Under the pieces are notes generated by a model. The model did no database searches. It was given only the letters and a program-made list of their open reading frames with translations, and was not told the origin of the DNA. Shown in pieces: positions 1 to 13,135 of a stretch of 64,000 nt of DNA; within the stretch, counting starts at the first letter, position 1, and every line of letters begins with the position of its first letter. Position numbers and translations under genes: made by a program. Origin of the DNA: Heterodontus francisci. Its lineage: Eukaryota. The stretch covers positions 85,408,413 to 85,472,412 of the forward strand of contig NC_090384.1 in the NCBI RefSeq assembly GCF_036365525.1, read 5' to 3'.

Positions 1-485
1 TGCGATGGGCTGCTGCCTGGGACACCCCATGCATGTCCCCAGTGGTGGATCACTGGAAAGATCCAGATGCAAAAAAGTTTAGAGCCTCTGTGAACTTTGG
101 GGCCACTGGCATGGGGTGACCCCCAAATCTCAGAGGTCACAACCTGTCCTGCAGCAGGGCATATAAGTCAGTGATGGCTTCCCTGGACAGTCGTAGTCCT
201 CACAGACAGTAGAGTTCGGCCATTTGGAGGTAGCTGATACGAGTCCAGTACACTCTTTCGCATACATAAGCCCTTCTTGGCACGGCCGGCTGCTGTTGCT
301 CTTGTTATGGAACTTCATGGACAAGTGCAGTTGCCTCTTGGCCATCCTTCCATCGGAGGCACTGCATCACGCCCTCGGGTCCAAAAATACAGGCTGTATG
401 ATTTCTGGGCAGACACTTCCGACGCGATTCTCCATCCCCCCACTCCACCATACCTGCCTTAACCAGCCGCATGAAATTTTGCAAT
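1..485 (-). mobile_element. Decayed PIF/Harbinger transposon end with N-terminal HARBI1-like transposase pseudogene (continues beyond window start)
   Basis: Minus frame over ~265-1 reads RVYWTRISYLQMAELYCL*GLRLSREAITDLYALLQDRL*PLRFGGHPMPVAPKFTEALNFFASGSFQ*STTGDMHGVSQAAAHR, homologous to the transposase ORF at 22410-22835; three stop codons. Confidence 0.85.
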
Positions 486-1394
486 TTTGCTCATGATTTC
501 TCTCAACAGTGAGCTGTGGAAAAGTGTGTTTGGTAAAGTTGACAAACTGGTCGGCTATATTAAAAAGATCTTCAAACACTGTCCTAGCCGTAAGCTTTGA
601 TACAGGCAACACATTGCAAATGCGACTGAAATGACTGAAATTAGGGAACAAAACATCACCCTTCCTCCAGAGTCAGTAATTACATGTTAGAATTTTTGGT
701 CTCTGGCAGTATCATGCAGCTCATCTGAAATACTAGTCAGACTACATCTCAGAAGAGCTCACACTTACACCGAAAACATAGATTTTAACAGATATTGTAA
801 CCCTTTTAAACAATGCTCAGTTGAATGAGGAGGATCAGTTTGTTGGCAAAAAAGCTACACAACTGATGGATTTAATTAATTGGTTTGAATCTTAACACAT
901 CCCAATCCACAAAGCTTACATAAAGTAATGGATGTACTGTTCTGGGCTGAAGCACAGTCAAACAAACAACACTCTGATGAAGCTGAATTAAATGCCTATC
1001 CTCAATAAGTGTTTTCTTGCATGGCAATGAAGCTCAAACAATATTACTGCTACAGGGAAGAGTCTGACACCTGTTTTGAGGATGCTGTTCAGGAAAATGT
1101 GGTCTATATACACCCTAACCAGTGGTCCTTAAAGGGACTTCATGCTCCATTGCCATTCCGAAGACTGTTCATGACTCCCACTCAGCCCCTTCACAATCGA
1201 TACTTCCTTCGCAAGGACCCAGTAGTCTGCAATACAATGCTGATTTGCCGGCAAGTTTCCTGGGCTGCCCAGTATGCATCTGCAGCTCACTGGTCTCATT
1301 TAAACAAGGCCGAATATTAGTTGTGCCTTAGGCCTATCCATTCCGATGCAAAGGTTGTTCCCAGCACATGTCAGTGAACCAATTTCTCGCATTA

Positions 1395-1525
1395 AAATAA
1401 AAGCAAAATACTGCAGATGCTGGAAATCAGAAATAAAAACAAGAAATGCTGGAAATGCTCAGCAGGTCTGGCAGCATCTGTGGAGAAAGAAGCAGAGTTA
1501 ATGTTTCAGGTCAGTGACCCTTTCT
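1395..1525 (-). repeat. Short Penelope-like pLTR-derived repeat
   Basis: Near-identical to the reverse complement of 42275-42397 and to 41319-41410. Confidence 0.85.
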
Positions 1526-1948
1526 AACATTGATGTTTAAAAATTTGTGCTGAATACCACCTAATGGGAAATAGTTTTCAGAGCCATGAGGCAGTGATCC
1601 AGCTAATATTTGTTAATGAAGGAAGTCAATGATTCATAACTGCTGTTTGTGTCAGCAGTCTTGGTCACTTCCTGATACAGCTGCTTAAGCAATTGTAGCC
1701 TTGGCGAGAGGAAGCTTGGAAAATTGAAATTTGTATGAACTTCTAATATTCTTAGGCTACATTTACACTCCAGCTATAGTATTAGCATCAAAAGTAAAAA
1801 GTTATGAAAATCTTGGATCAGGTTCCTGTTCTAATCAGGAGCCAGGTTGGGCTCCGACTCTGGACAGACAACACAATTTATTAATGTCAGCCTTGAAGCA
1901 AATCCATATTGTGCCAATTCTACAGCTACAACAACAACTTATATCTAT

Positions 1949-4018
1949 TTCTTGGCATTTCTTCCCGGACAAAGATTTTGGGAAGGTTGTAGTCATCAGT
2001 TGCAGGCCCGCTGGTGGCGAGTCAGGCCTATCTGTGACCAGCAGATTCTCCCACAGTGGGTACAAGTGAAGGTGTAGTTACAATCCTTCTCCTCCTTTTC
2101 TCTTTCATGCTGGTTCTTCGCTTAGTCTCAAAGGTGTCTGTAGCACTCCTGCTGTAGCATCTCCAGGCATGACTATCTATGGCCCCTGCGCTTCCCACTG
2201 GCGATGGTCGATGTGGCAGACAGAGAGGAACTTCTTCAGGGAGTCCTTGAAATGTTTGCATGGGGCCCCTCTGTTCCTTTTACCTGTGGTCAGCTCTCCA
2301 TACAACACGATCTTGGGCAGGTGATTGTCGTCCATCCGGGCAACGTGACCCACCCAACGCAGTTGGCTTTGCAGGAGGATGGCCTCGATACTGGTGATGT
2401 TGGCTGTTTCCAGGACTTCAATGTTCGTGATGCGGTCCTGCCAGCGGATCTTGAGGATGCTGCAGAGGCAGCACTAATGGCCTATCTGTGACCTATGTGA
2501 TGGCGGTATAGGACCCATGACTGGGCGCCATACAGAAGGGTGGTGTGGACTATGGCTTTGGACACTTTGAGTTTGGTCTGTGCTCTGAGACTGCGGTTGC
2601 TCCACACACATTTGTAAAGTCTGCCGAATGTACTGTTCAGTTTTGAGAGCCTATTGTCCACTTTCTTGTCTATAGTGGCATGAAACGAGATGATGCTCCC
2701 CAAATAGGTAAATTGCTTGATGGCATTCAGCTCGGTTCCCTCAATGACAATGCTCGGTGGTCTATATTCTTCTTGGGGTGCAGGCTGATGCAGGACTTCA
2801 GTTTTCTTGAAACTGATTTTTAGTTTGAAGAGTTGTGCTGCCTCAAAAAAATGTGGCGTTATATGTTGCAGGTCTGACTGACTGTGGGCCAGGAGAGCAC
2901 AATCATCGGTGAATAGAAGTTCATGGATGAGTTTATCTTGTGTCTTTGTGTGAGCCTCAAGATGCCTGAGGATGAAAAGGCCTCCCTCAGTCCACAAGTG
3001 TACGTAAACTCCCTCCTTAGCGTCTTCCATTGCCTGCTGCAGTATCATGCTGAAAAAGATGGTGAATAGGGCCGGGGCCAGCACACATCCCTGTTTCATG
3101 CCATTGGAGATATGGAAGGGACTTGAGAGGTCGCTGTTTTCCTTGACTTGTCCGAACTGATTTTCATGAAACTGCTTTACCAAGGCCAGGAACCTGGGTG
3201 TGTATCCAAGTTTTTCAAGGATTTTCCAAAGTCCATCTCTGTTGAATGCCTTGGTGAGGTCTACGAAAGTGATGTACAGGCCTTTGTTTTGCTCACAACA
3301 CTTTTCTTGTAATTGTCTGAGTGTAAGTACCATGTCTGTGGTGGCTCTGTTTGCTCTGAAACCACACTGGCTCTCTGGGAGGTTTTTTTCTGCACTGGTG
3401 GGCACAAGCCTGTTCAGAAGTATTCTAGCCAGGATCTTCCCAGCAGTAGGAAGCAGGGTGATCTCACGGGAGTTGGATCAGTCTGATTTTCCTCCTTTGT
3501 TTTTGTACAAGGTGATGATAACGGCATCATGAAGATCCCGTGGAATCCTGCCCTGTTCCCAGCAGGCTGTGAAAAACTCATGGAGCTTGGTGTATATGGC
3601 AGGGCCACCATTCTTCAAGGCTTCGGGTGGAATTCCATCAGCTCCGGGGGCTTTATTGTTCTTCATCGGGTTGATGATGGTCACAGTTTCCTCCAGTTTG
3701 GGGTCTCATCCAGTTCTTCTTTGACAGGCTGTTGTTGGATTCGATTGATGGCAGTATCGTGCATTATGCACTTGGCACTGAAGAGAGTTTCAAAGTGTTC
3801 CAACCAGCGATCCAGGTCTGATTCCTTGTTGGTGTGTAGGGTCTTGCCATCGGCGCTCCTCAGGGGCATTTGGGTTTGATATGCTGGTCCATAGACAGAT
3901 TTTAGTGCTTCAGAGAAACTTCTTATGTCGCCAGTATCAGCATACAGTTGAGTTTTTTTTTGCAAGTGCGATCCACCAGTCATTTTGGATGTTCCTCAAT
4001 TTACATTGAAAGGTGCTG
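1949..4018 (-). mobile_element. 5'-truncated RTE (BovB-like) LINE with disrupted RT ORF
   Basis: Fragments KAPGADGIPPE, ESQCGFR, VDLTKAF, KQGCVLAP, LLFTDD, FTYLGS and C-terminal zinc finger CTHCGRICWSQIGLTRHQRAC; flanked by a 34-bp direct repeat (1915-1948 / 4019-4052, one mismatch). Confidence 0.92.
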
Positions 4019-4273
4019 CAATTCTACCGCTACAACAACAACTTATATCTATACAACACCTTTAACCTAATAAAATGTCCCAAGACAGTTCACACGACCA
4101 TTATAAAACCATTATAACACCGAGCCTCATAACGAGATATGAGATCAGATGACCAAAAGCTTGGTCAAAGAGGTCGGTTTTAAGGAGTGCCTTAAAGGAG
4201 GAAAGTGAGGGAGAGAGGCTGAGAGGTATATGGAGGGAATTCCAAAGCTTAAGGCCCAGGCAACTGAAAGTGC

Positions 4274-5607
4274 TGTGATGAAACATAGGTATAATTGTCT
4301 TAATTAGGCCAAATTTAGATATAATTAATACATTATACCTTTTAGAATTAAAGATTGAAGTTTTCAAGACTCACTGAAATTCCCCTTTAAGGGTAGAGTT
4401 TTAAAAAATCCATTTCAAGGTCTTGCAAGATCTTTGTTACAATGGAATTAGAACATGACACACATTGAAACATCCTATGTGATGTCAGTACAGGATGGCG
4501 ATAAACTTAATTCGTTGATCGTGTTAGTGATATAGACAGACTGACTCACCAGGATGCTACAAGGTATCATAAAAAAATTACAGATAATAAATTACAAAAT
4601 GAAATTGTACTTACAAAAACAGATGCCAACTAAAAACCAATTATAAACATTTTGACCAGATAAGAGCTCACAACTTCAAAGGCAGGAGATTTCCAGCAAA
4701 TACATTAACTGGGGATGGTAGCTAATGATAATACCATCTATGGATCTCAAAAGCAGGAATAACACACACAGAAAGGTAACACCTACATTCTAAAAGATGA
4801 GATGATAGATTAGAAACAGTATAAACATGAGAGATTTTGAATCAAGAAACCAGAAATATTGAAGTCCTCATCAATGCTTCTCAACCTTTGGCTTACTTGG
4901 GGAATTTAAGGTAAATTTTACTTTAAATTTTGATGGATATTCTAAGATATTTTGCTGTGACATTGTTAAGGTTGAACATTTGGATTCTATTTTAGAAATG
5001 AGATTATGTTTTATATCTCTTAGTAATCTTTGATATTGTAGTATACTTAGCCACTTAAAGTGTATTGCATGTCCAACTCTTTAATAAATATATAAAAGTT
5101 AATAAATCATTTCATGTAGCATTCTGTATACAACAACAAGAACCCCCTCTCTGTGTCTCCTTCAGTGGGGAGATACATATTGAAGAGAGTTTCCCAGACC
5201 CCTATAATATCTGGGATATTTTAGACTTAAATATAATTATTTTAAAAATAGGCTATCCGAAAGCTAGTAATATTCTCTGTTAGTTTTCTTTCTTTGAGGG
5301 AAAACTAGTTCAGCTATTTTGACCCAAATAAGAACAAAACAAAGAACAAAGAACAGTACAGCACAGTAACAGGCCATTTGGCCCTCCAAGCCTGCGCCAA
5401 TCTTGATGCCTGTCTAAACTAAAACCTTCTGCACTTCCGGGGACCGTACCCCTCTATTCCAATCCTATTCATGTATTTGTCAAGATGCTTCTTAAACGTC
5501 GCAAATAAGTGTCTATAAGAATTTGTTTGGTTTGAACTTAATTAAAGGAGACTTATAGCTTGATTTGGTTTAGTGCCTATAAGGAGTTAAAGTCATAAAA
5601 CACCTCA
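4274..5607 (+). mobile_element. Probable solo LTR (LTR retrotransposon or ERV)
   Basis: Starts TGTGATG, ends CACCTCA; 4-bp TSD GTGC (4270-4273 / 5608-5611); removing it restores a continuous L2; AATAAA at ~5084 and 5101; no long ORF. Confidence 0.7.
5331..5501 (-). mobile_element. Short CR1 3' end inserted in the solo LTR
   Basis: (agaacaa)n tail and CR1 3'UTR; flanking repeat caaataag at ~5325 and ~5502. Confidence 0.75.
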
Positions 5608-6069
5608 GTGCGGCAACCATTGGTAGATTAAAATTGGGGATGCTCAAGAAGCCAGAATTAGATGAGCATAGATATCTTGGAGGGTATAATAAAGGCACTT
5701 CAAACATTTTCTCATTCTCTACTGCCAGTCAATGGCCAAGATCCAGATTGCGATTCAGCTCTGATTATCTTCTGCTCCTTTGATTAGAGAATTCAAGCCA
5801 CACCTTTCAACTTCGTAAAGGTTCAACACACACCATGATATGTGATGTAAATGTGCAGAATGCATTTTGGAGTGACATATGCATGTGCTGGGGGAGGTGA
5901 ATCTCTTTTTTGGGTGTGAAATAGGCCAAACAGTGTCCACAGTCAGATTGCAATCTTCTGTGTCCCAGTGACACATGAAGACTGCCTCGGGCAATATTGA
6001 ATCAGGGACAGTACTGCTGGAAAGTAAAAAATTGAGTCAGGATAAGCTCTAAACTGTAAATAATCTATT

Positions 6070-8428
6070 GGCATTGGATTTAGGATTGCACGCATGGAGA
6101 AACTTCACATTTTCAGCAGGGAGTCTTTTTCACTGGCAGCACTTATGGGAAATTCAGTTATCTGGTTTGCAAGATATTCTGAACCCTTCATTTTAAATTT
6201 AAGCAAAAATTGTGCACAGCTCATGTCTGAATGTCGAATATGTGCTGTGGTCGATCGCATTGTCAGAAAATGAGCCCGGAAGGACAGTCACCAGCGTACG
6301 TGCCAAAGGGCCACTTCTGATCAGCGAATTTGGCCTCGGAACAAGTGAGCACCTTCAGGAGAGGAGATAGAGAATTCCAGAGGGAACATGGAGACAGATG
6401 TTGTTGTAGTATGGCATGGAATGCTATTTGCCGATTGTTAGACTTGTCCCCGCATCCTTCAGCTCACATTTCTGCCTAGAAAGTTGCCGACGGTGTGATC
6501 TGATAATGTCACAGTGAGGGAAACAGGGCATATGGGACTTGAGTGAACAGGGCAACCAACAGGCTATCTCACTAACTAATGAGACTTAAGGATTGGAAAA
6601 TAAACAAAGGAAGGATTGAGAAGGAGGGCGAATTAAAAGAAATGAATTCAATATTAAATAATGTACTAAAAGAGAAATAAAGGTACAGGAAAAAAGATTA
6701 TGTTGACAGAGAGAGGTAAAAAGAGACAAAAAGTAAATAAAATGTATAATTTAAAATTAACATTTTAAAAATCTCCTTGAAAGATTCAAAACTTGAAAGA
6801 CTGAGACTCCACATTTGTAATAGTTAATGTTCAGTGCCAGAGAGGTTAACTAGCAATAATTAATAATTATCATATCTTCAACAGTGTGCATAACTACTAA
6901 TTTCTCGTGCTAAACATCTGCGGTGAGGTTAGTTAGTTCATACCTTCCACAGAAAAACAGGAACTTCGTAACATTCAGTGGATGTCAGTAGTGAGGCAGA
7001 CAACAAGATGTCATCTTCACAAAGCTAATGGTGGAGCAGCATGACTCGGCCAACAAATTCTGGATAGAGTCATAGCGTTATACAGCACCGATACAGGTCC
7101 TTCGGCCCATCATGTTCATGCCGGCCATCAAGCACCTATCTATTCTAATCCCATTTTCCAGCACTTGGCCAGTAACCTTGTATGCTATGGCATTTCAAGT
7201 GCTCATCTAGATACTTCTAAAATGTTGTGAGGGTTCCTGCCTCTATCACCCCTTCAGGCAGTGTGTTGCAGATTCCAACCATCCTCTGGATGATTTTTTT
7301 TCCTCAAATCCCCTCTAAACCTCCTGCCCTTACCTTAAATCTATGCCCCCTGGTTATTGACACCTCCGCTAAGGGAACATGTTTCTTCCTATCTACCCAA
7401 TCTAAGCCCTTCATAATTTTGTATACCTCAATCAGGTCCCCCCTCAGCCTTCTCTGCTCTAAGGAAAACAACCCTAGCCTATCCAGTTTCTCCAAAGCTG
7501 AAATGCTCCAGCCCAGGCAACATCCTGGTGAATCTCCACTGCACCCTCTCCGGTGCAATCACATCCTTCCTGTAGTGTGGCAACCAGAACTTTACACAGT
7601 ACTCCAGCTGTGGCCTAACTAGTGTTTTATACAGCTCCATCATAAACTCCCTGCTCTTACATTCTCTGTCTCGACTAATAAAGGCAAGTATCCCATTTGC
7701 CTTCCTAACCACCTTATCTACCTGTGCTGCTGCCTTCAGTGATCAATGGACAAGCAGATCAAGGTCCCTCTGACCCTTTGTATTTCCTAGGGTCCTACCA
7801 CCCATTGCATCTTCCCTTGCCTTGTTAGTCCTCCCAAAATGCATCATCTCACACTTCTCAGGATTAAATTCCATTTGTCACTGCTCTTCCCATCTTACCA
7901 GTCCATCTATATCATCCTGTAATCTAAGGCTTTCCTCCTCACTATTTACGACACCACCAACTTTCGTGTCATTTGCGAACTTACTGATCATACCTCCTAT
8001 ATTCACGTCTAAATCATTAATGTACACTACAAACAACAAGGGTCCCAGCACCGATCCCTGCGGTACACCACTGGTCACAGGCTTTCAATCGCAAAAACAA
8101 CCCTTGACCATCAGCCTCTGCCTCCTGCCACTAAGCTCAATTTGGATCCAATTTGCCAAATTGCCCTGGATCCCATGGGCTCTTACCTTCTTAACCAATC
8201 TCCCATGCAGGACCTTATCAAAGCCTTACTGAAGTCCATGTAGACTACATCAACTGCTTTACCCTCATCTGCACATCTAGTCACCTCCTTGAAAAATTCA
8301 ATCAAGTTTGTTAGATATTCACGTTTAATCACTCATCTGCTCCTTACCTGAAGATGCTGTACTATTTATGCATAAATAACTCAAGTGCCATTAGCCTCAC
8401 CATTATTTTGACAGCAAATTCTGTCTCA
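6070..8428. mobile_element. Old non-autonomous DNA element (Harbinger-type end) interrupted by CR1
   Basis: Right part resembles 54780-55551 and ends cagcaaattctgtc; left boundary uncertain. Confidence 0.4.
7064..8316 (-). mobile_element. CR1 (HER1-like) LINE 3' fragment
   Basis: GVPQGSVLGP, KFANDTKVGG, LVRPQLEYCVKFW, RRLRGDLIEVYKIM; atgactct-type tail. Confidence 0.93.
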
Positions 8429-8951
8429 CTAATTTGAACTTTTATTTGAGTGCATCACAATTATATGAAATCAGCCCTCATCAGCAGGTGGTTAGTAATT
8501 TAATATCTAACTTCTCCAGAGTGCACTTCACCCAAAGCTTATATATTGCCATCTATTCAGAGCAGATGCACTGTGCATATGCTTCTAAGATTTATTTAGA
8601 GTGAACTGGAGACACAAATAATCAGGCACATTCTGTTCAACATGCTTGCTGAAGTTATTCTAATGCATACCAATCCAAAATAATACAGTTGGAGATTAGT
8701 TTTATTTGCAGATATTAATTAAGTATTTCATTTCAAAAAATAGTGAACTTTGCAATTTCCACAGGCTCTAAGAATCAAAAAAAACCTTGCTGACATTTCT
8801 GCCTTTTCCAAATATCTCTCATAAATGCATTTTGCAAAGTCTTTGGGATTGGCCAGGGTTTAATATTTATTCCCATCTGAATTTTTAATTACAAAGTGAC
8901 CGGGAGGGACTAAATATAATACTGTGAGAGCTACTACAATAACATCAGAAG

Positions 8952-9114
8952 AGGGCATTTTATGAGCTCACGAAGCCTAGTCTGCAGCTGCACATATTGG
9001 AAATTTGGGTGCAACTGACCACTATTTTCTCATCAATGTAATACCTGAATTCCGAATACATGAAGCTTTTGGACAATGTTCATGCTGGCAGCATAAGTTC
9101 ATAGAATTACCCCT
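8952..9114. mobile_element. Short palindromic MITE
   Basis: Imperfect TIRs agggcattttatgagct ... agttcatagaattacccct. Confidence 0.5.
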
Positions 9115-10769
9115 ATACGTGTATGTTAAAATAAAGTTTAAAACAGCGCCACTAGGCAAAGCATTTAAAAAAGCAAATCCATAATAAGCATATTTCAAAT
9201 GGACAGCAGTATGCCCAAGAGCATAAGGTCTTGAAAATATTTCTGGGCTTATACTGCCTTTTCGCTAACCTGCCTTTTTAGTGTTTGCACAAATAGTTCC
9301 ATTCACCTCCTAGTAATGGATCTAGTCTTGATTCAATCTTAAAAAGATTTGACTTTTCTGATGGCTTCTTACCAATCTTCCAACATTGCAAAATTGCATA
9401 AAGGCCGTCACTTTGTGCTTACATTTTTAAAGCTCAATCCCAGTTATTTTCAATGTGTGAAAGAAAACTACAATGCTGTACAGTTGAACCCCCCTGGCTA
9501 AACACTCCAATTTCTGTTAAGTTGCCTAAATAGTTGCTAAATCTGACCTATCTAAAATAGGAAACACTAAGCTACATAAATTGAATGATGTTAGCATCAA
9601 ATACACTTTCCATATAAATTTTTTTAACAGTTCTGTTCACCAGATTATTGTAAAAAATACCATTTATGTAATTTTTTAAAGTCAAAAATAGTCTTATTAA
9701 TCAATATTTTTTTTTAAAATCCTTATAAGTCTTGGTTATGATCTTAAATGTTATCTTTCTCGGCAAACTGAGTAGTCTGTTTTGAGCCACTGCTTAATCC
9801 TTGAAATGTATGCACACAAAGTGTTTTCTCCACTGAAAATGTAAGAATCCGTAATATTCTTGATGGTGAAATTTATGGTTAAGATTTGAGAAAGTTATTC
9901 AGCTTGGACGGAGGGGGGCATTGACAGTTCAGATAAAAGGCAAAGTGCTTTTTGCTTCAGCCAATTGTGCAGAAGCCTTATTAGCATGTTTTACAAAGCC
10001 AAAAGAGAAACATTGCAGGCTAATTTTAGACAAGATAAACAAAGCCACTTGACTGTGATGAGAAACAACAGTTTCAGGCTATGGTAAACCTAGCTAAGGG
10101 GCCCAAGGTTTGTAAAATAGGGCTGAAACTAACAATAGCCGTACTTCAAAGCTGTGTTTTGCTTTGATGCAAAGGTAGAACCTTAGTGAAACTTTATGTT
10201 TCAGTATGTCTGATGAGAAATGAAACTGGACATAAAGAACATGGAACCAAAATGTCTGTCCCAGGGGCATTATAGAATCCAACTACAGAAGTTCAATTAA
10301 TTTAATTGACATAACGTTTACTTGGAAGCTGCAAGAAGATAACACAAGCTGACATTGATTGATGACGCCAGGGTTTGTCTTTTGAAAAGCAGCACGCTGA
10401 TTCCACAAGCAAGTTTTACTGTAAAAGATGTTTAAGAAACATGGAACTTATCAAGGTAGGATTTAACCCTATCGTTTAAGCAAATATTTCAAAATATCAT
10501 CTAACAATTGTTGCTTAAGGTGGATTTTGATAGGATGGTATGACCCTGTCAATCAAACATCCACACCCACTTCAGAAAGAAAGGCAAAAAGATCATTGTA
10601 AGGAATGATTTGACACTGCAGCTGAGCAACTTGGTCAGTTGCTGAAGACTACAATCAACAGCAGGTGACCACTCATTGGGTGATCATATGTATAACTTCT
10701 TGTAACATATTTGCAGCTAACGGGTGTATGTATTGATAACAGGTGTATTGTATTGATAATGTATGTACT

Positions 10770-11918
10770 GTGAGGTGAGAGTGACTGCCATTGACATCAA
10801 GGCAGCACTTGACCGAGTGTGGCATCAAGGAGCCCTAGCAAAATTGAAGTCAATGGGAATCATGGGGGAAAATTCTCCACTGACTGGAGTCCAATGAGAA
10901 CAAAGGAAGATGGGTGTGAATGTTGGATGCCAAACATCTAAGTCCCAAGACATCGCTGCAGGAGTTCCTCAGGGTAGTGTCCTAGGCCCAACTGGTTTCA
11001 GCAGCTTCATCAATGACCATCCCTCCATCATAAGGTCAGGAATGGAGATGTTCACTGATGATTTCACAGTGTTCAGTACCATTCACGACTACTCAGATAC
11101 TGAAGCAGTCCATGCCCATGTGCAACAAGACCTGGACAACATTCAGGCTTAGGCTGATAAGTGGCAAGTAACATTATGCCACACAAGTGCCAGGCAATGT
11201 CCATCTCCAACAACAGAAAATCTAATCATCTCCCCTTGACATTCAACAGCGTTACCATTGCTGACACCCAGACTATCAACATCCTGGGGTTACCATTGAT
11301 CAGAAACTGAACTGGAGTAGCCATATAAATACTGTGGCTACAAGAGCAGGCCAGAGGCTGGGAATCCTGAGGTGAGTAACTCACCTCCTAACTCCCCAAA
11401 GCCTGTCCACCATCTACAAATCAGGAGTGGGATGGAATATTCCCCACTTGCCTGGATGAGTACAGCTCCAACAAAACTCAAGAAGCTCAACACCATCCAG
11501 GACAAAGCAGCCTGCTTGATTGGCACACCATCAACAACCTTCAACATTCACTCCCTCCATTACCAGTGCACAGTGTCAGTAGTGTGTACTATTTACAAGA
11601 TGCATTGCAGCAACTCTCCAAGCCTCCTTCTACAGCAACTTCCAAACCTGTGACCTCTACCACCTAGAAGGACAAGAGCAGCAGACGCATGGAAACACCA
11701 CCATCTGCAAGTTCCCCTCCAAGGCACACATCATCCTGCCTTGGATCTGTATCACTGCTCTTCCTGCAATGTCACTGGGTCAACAACCTGGAACACGCTT
11801 TCTAACAGATACACTACAGCGGTTCAAGAAGGCGGTTCGCCACCACCTTATCAAGGGCAATTAGGGATGGGCAACAAATACTGGCCTTGCCAGCAATGTT
11901 CACCTCCCATAAAAGAAC
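10770..11918 (+). mobile_element. 3' half (RT plus tail) of the tRNA-headed CR1/L2-group LINE family
   Basis: TAIDIKAALDRVWH, GVPQGSVLGP, MFTDD, MEYSPLAW, IQDKAACLI; tail caagggcaattagggatgggcaa shared with 47205-47800 and 50972-51050. Confidence 0.88.
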
Positions 11919-12419
11919 TTTTAAAAACCTGGTAAAGCATTAATATTTAATTTGGGCTTTGAGTGTTGCATCATTATTTCCCGCAATTCTCATATTCGAA
12001 CCGTAGAGTAACCTGTCAACAGCAGGCAGTTACATCTTACAAAATCTTTTTGGCAGAAGACTGATTTTAAATTTAGAACTATACTACATGATATTCTTTA
12101 ACAAATGGTAGGAGAATTTGGCTACATAGGCCAAGACGGCAGAACTACTGGTAGATCGAAAAACTCACAGAGGATGTGAGGTACTGTTTCTTTTGGGGTT
12201 TATGAGATTAATCTTCTGTTTTTTCTTCAAAAGCTTATTTCCTCTTCTAATTTTGATCTCATCTGGCACAGGGCAGTCGGGGTTTGACAGATGATCTTCA
12301 GTTACTTCAAACCAAACTGAGCTTTCATTACAGTTATCTACACACAAACAAGTTATACTCACAATGGATGCCACTCACTATTAAAACTCATATGCCTGCA
12401 ACTCCCTAACAACGGTCCA

Positions 12420-13135
12420 AGGCTTACCGGACTGTTCGCAACCTTGGTTCATTTTTGACCCTGAGTTGAGCTGTTGACCACATATCCATTCCATCACCAA
12501 GACCACCTTCTTCCACCTCCTTAACATCACCTCACTCCGCCCCTTTCACAGCTCACCTGCCGCTGAGACCCTCATCCTTGTCTATGTTACCTCTAGACAT
12601 GATAATTGTAATGCTTTCCTGGCCAGCTTCCCATCTTCAACCATTATAAACTTGAGCACATCCAAAACTCTGCCACCTACATCCTAACTCACACCAGGTT
12701 CCGTTCACCCACCATCCTGTACTCGCTGACCTGCACTGGCTCCCAAACCAGCAATGCCTCAATTTAAAAATTCTCATCCTTGTTTTCAAATTCTTGGCCT
12801 CGCCTCCTCCATATCTCTATAACCTCTTCCAGTCCTACAACCCTCCAAGATCTCTGCAGTTCTCCCAGTCTGGCCTTATGCCATACTCAATTTTAATCAC
12901 TCCACCATTGGCAGCCTTCAGATGGGCCCTAAGGTCTGGAATTTCATCCCCTAACCTCTCTGCCACTCAACTGCTCTCTCCTCCTTTAAGATGCTCCCTA
13001 AAACCTACCTCTTTGACCAAGCTTTTGGTCATCTGTCCTAATATCTCCTTATGTGGCTCAGTGTCAAAATTTGTTGAATATCACTCCTGTGACACGCTTT
13101 CGGACATTTTACTATATTAAACACAAGTTTCTGTT
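12420..13135 (+). mobile_element. L2 LINE 3' fragment
   Basis: Homologous to 15180-15890 (cgcaaccttgg...tttgaccctgag; ctgcactggctccc; acctacctctttgaccaagcttttggtc). Confidence 0.85.

Larger units (their letters stand above)
4030..5690 (-). mobile_element. L2 LINE 3' end (4030-4273 plus 5612-5690) split by a solo LTR
   Basis: Homologous to the L2 tails at 12870-13135 and 15610-15890; ORF remnant LWNSLH...SFKALLKTDLF; (caa)n tail. Confidence 0.8.

Noticed and set aside
1009-1320. 103-aa ORF in non-repeat-looking DNA
   Set aside because: No recognisable domain or supporting splice structure
10722-10768. Short gtgtattgataa-like tandem repeats
   Set aside because: Low-complexity repeat without unique spacers; not a CRISPR-like array
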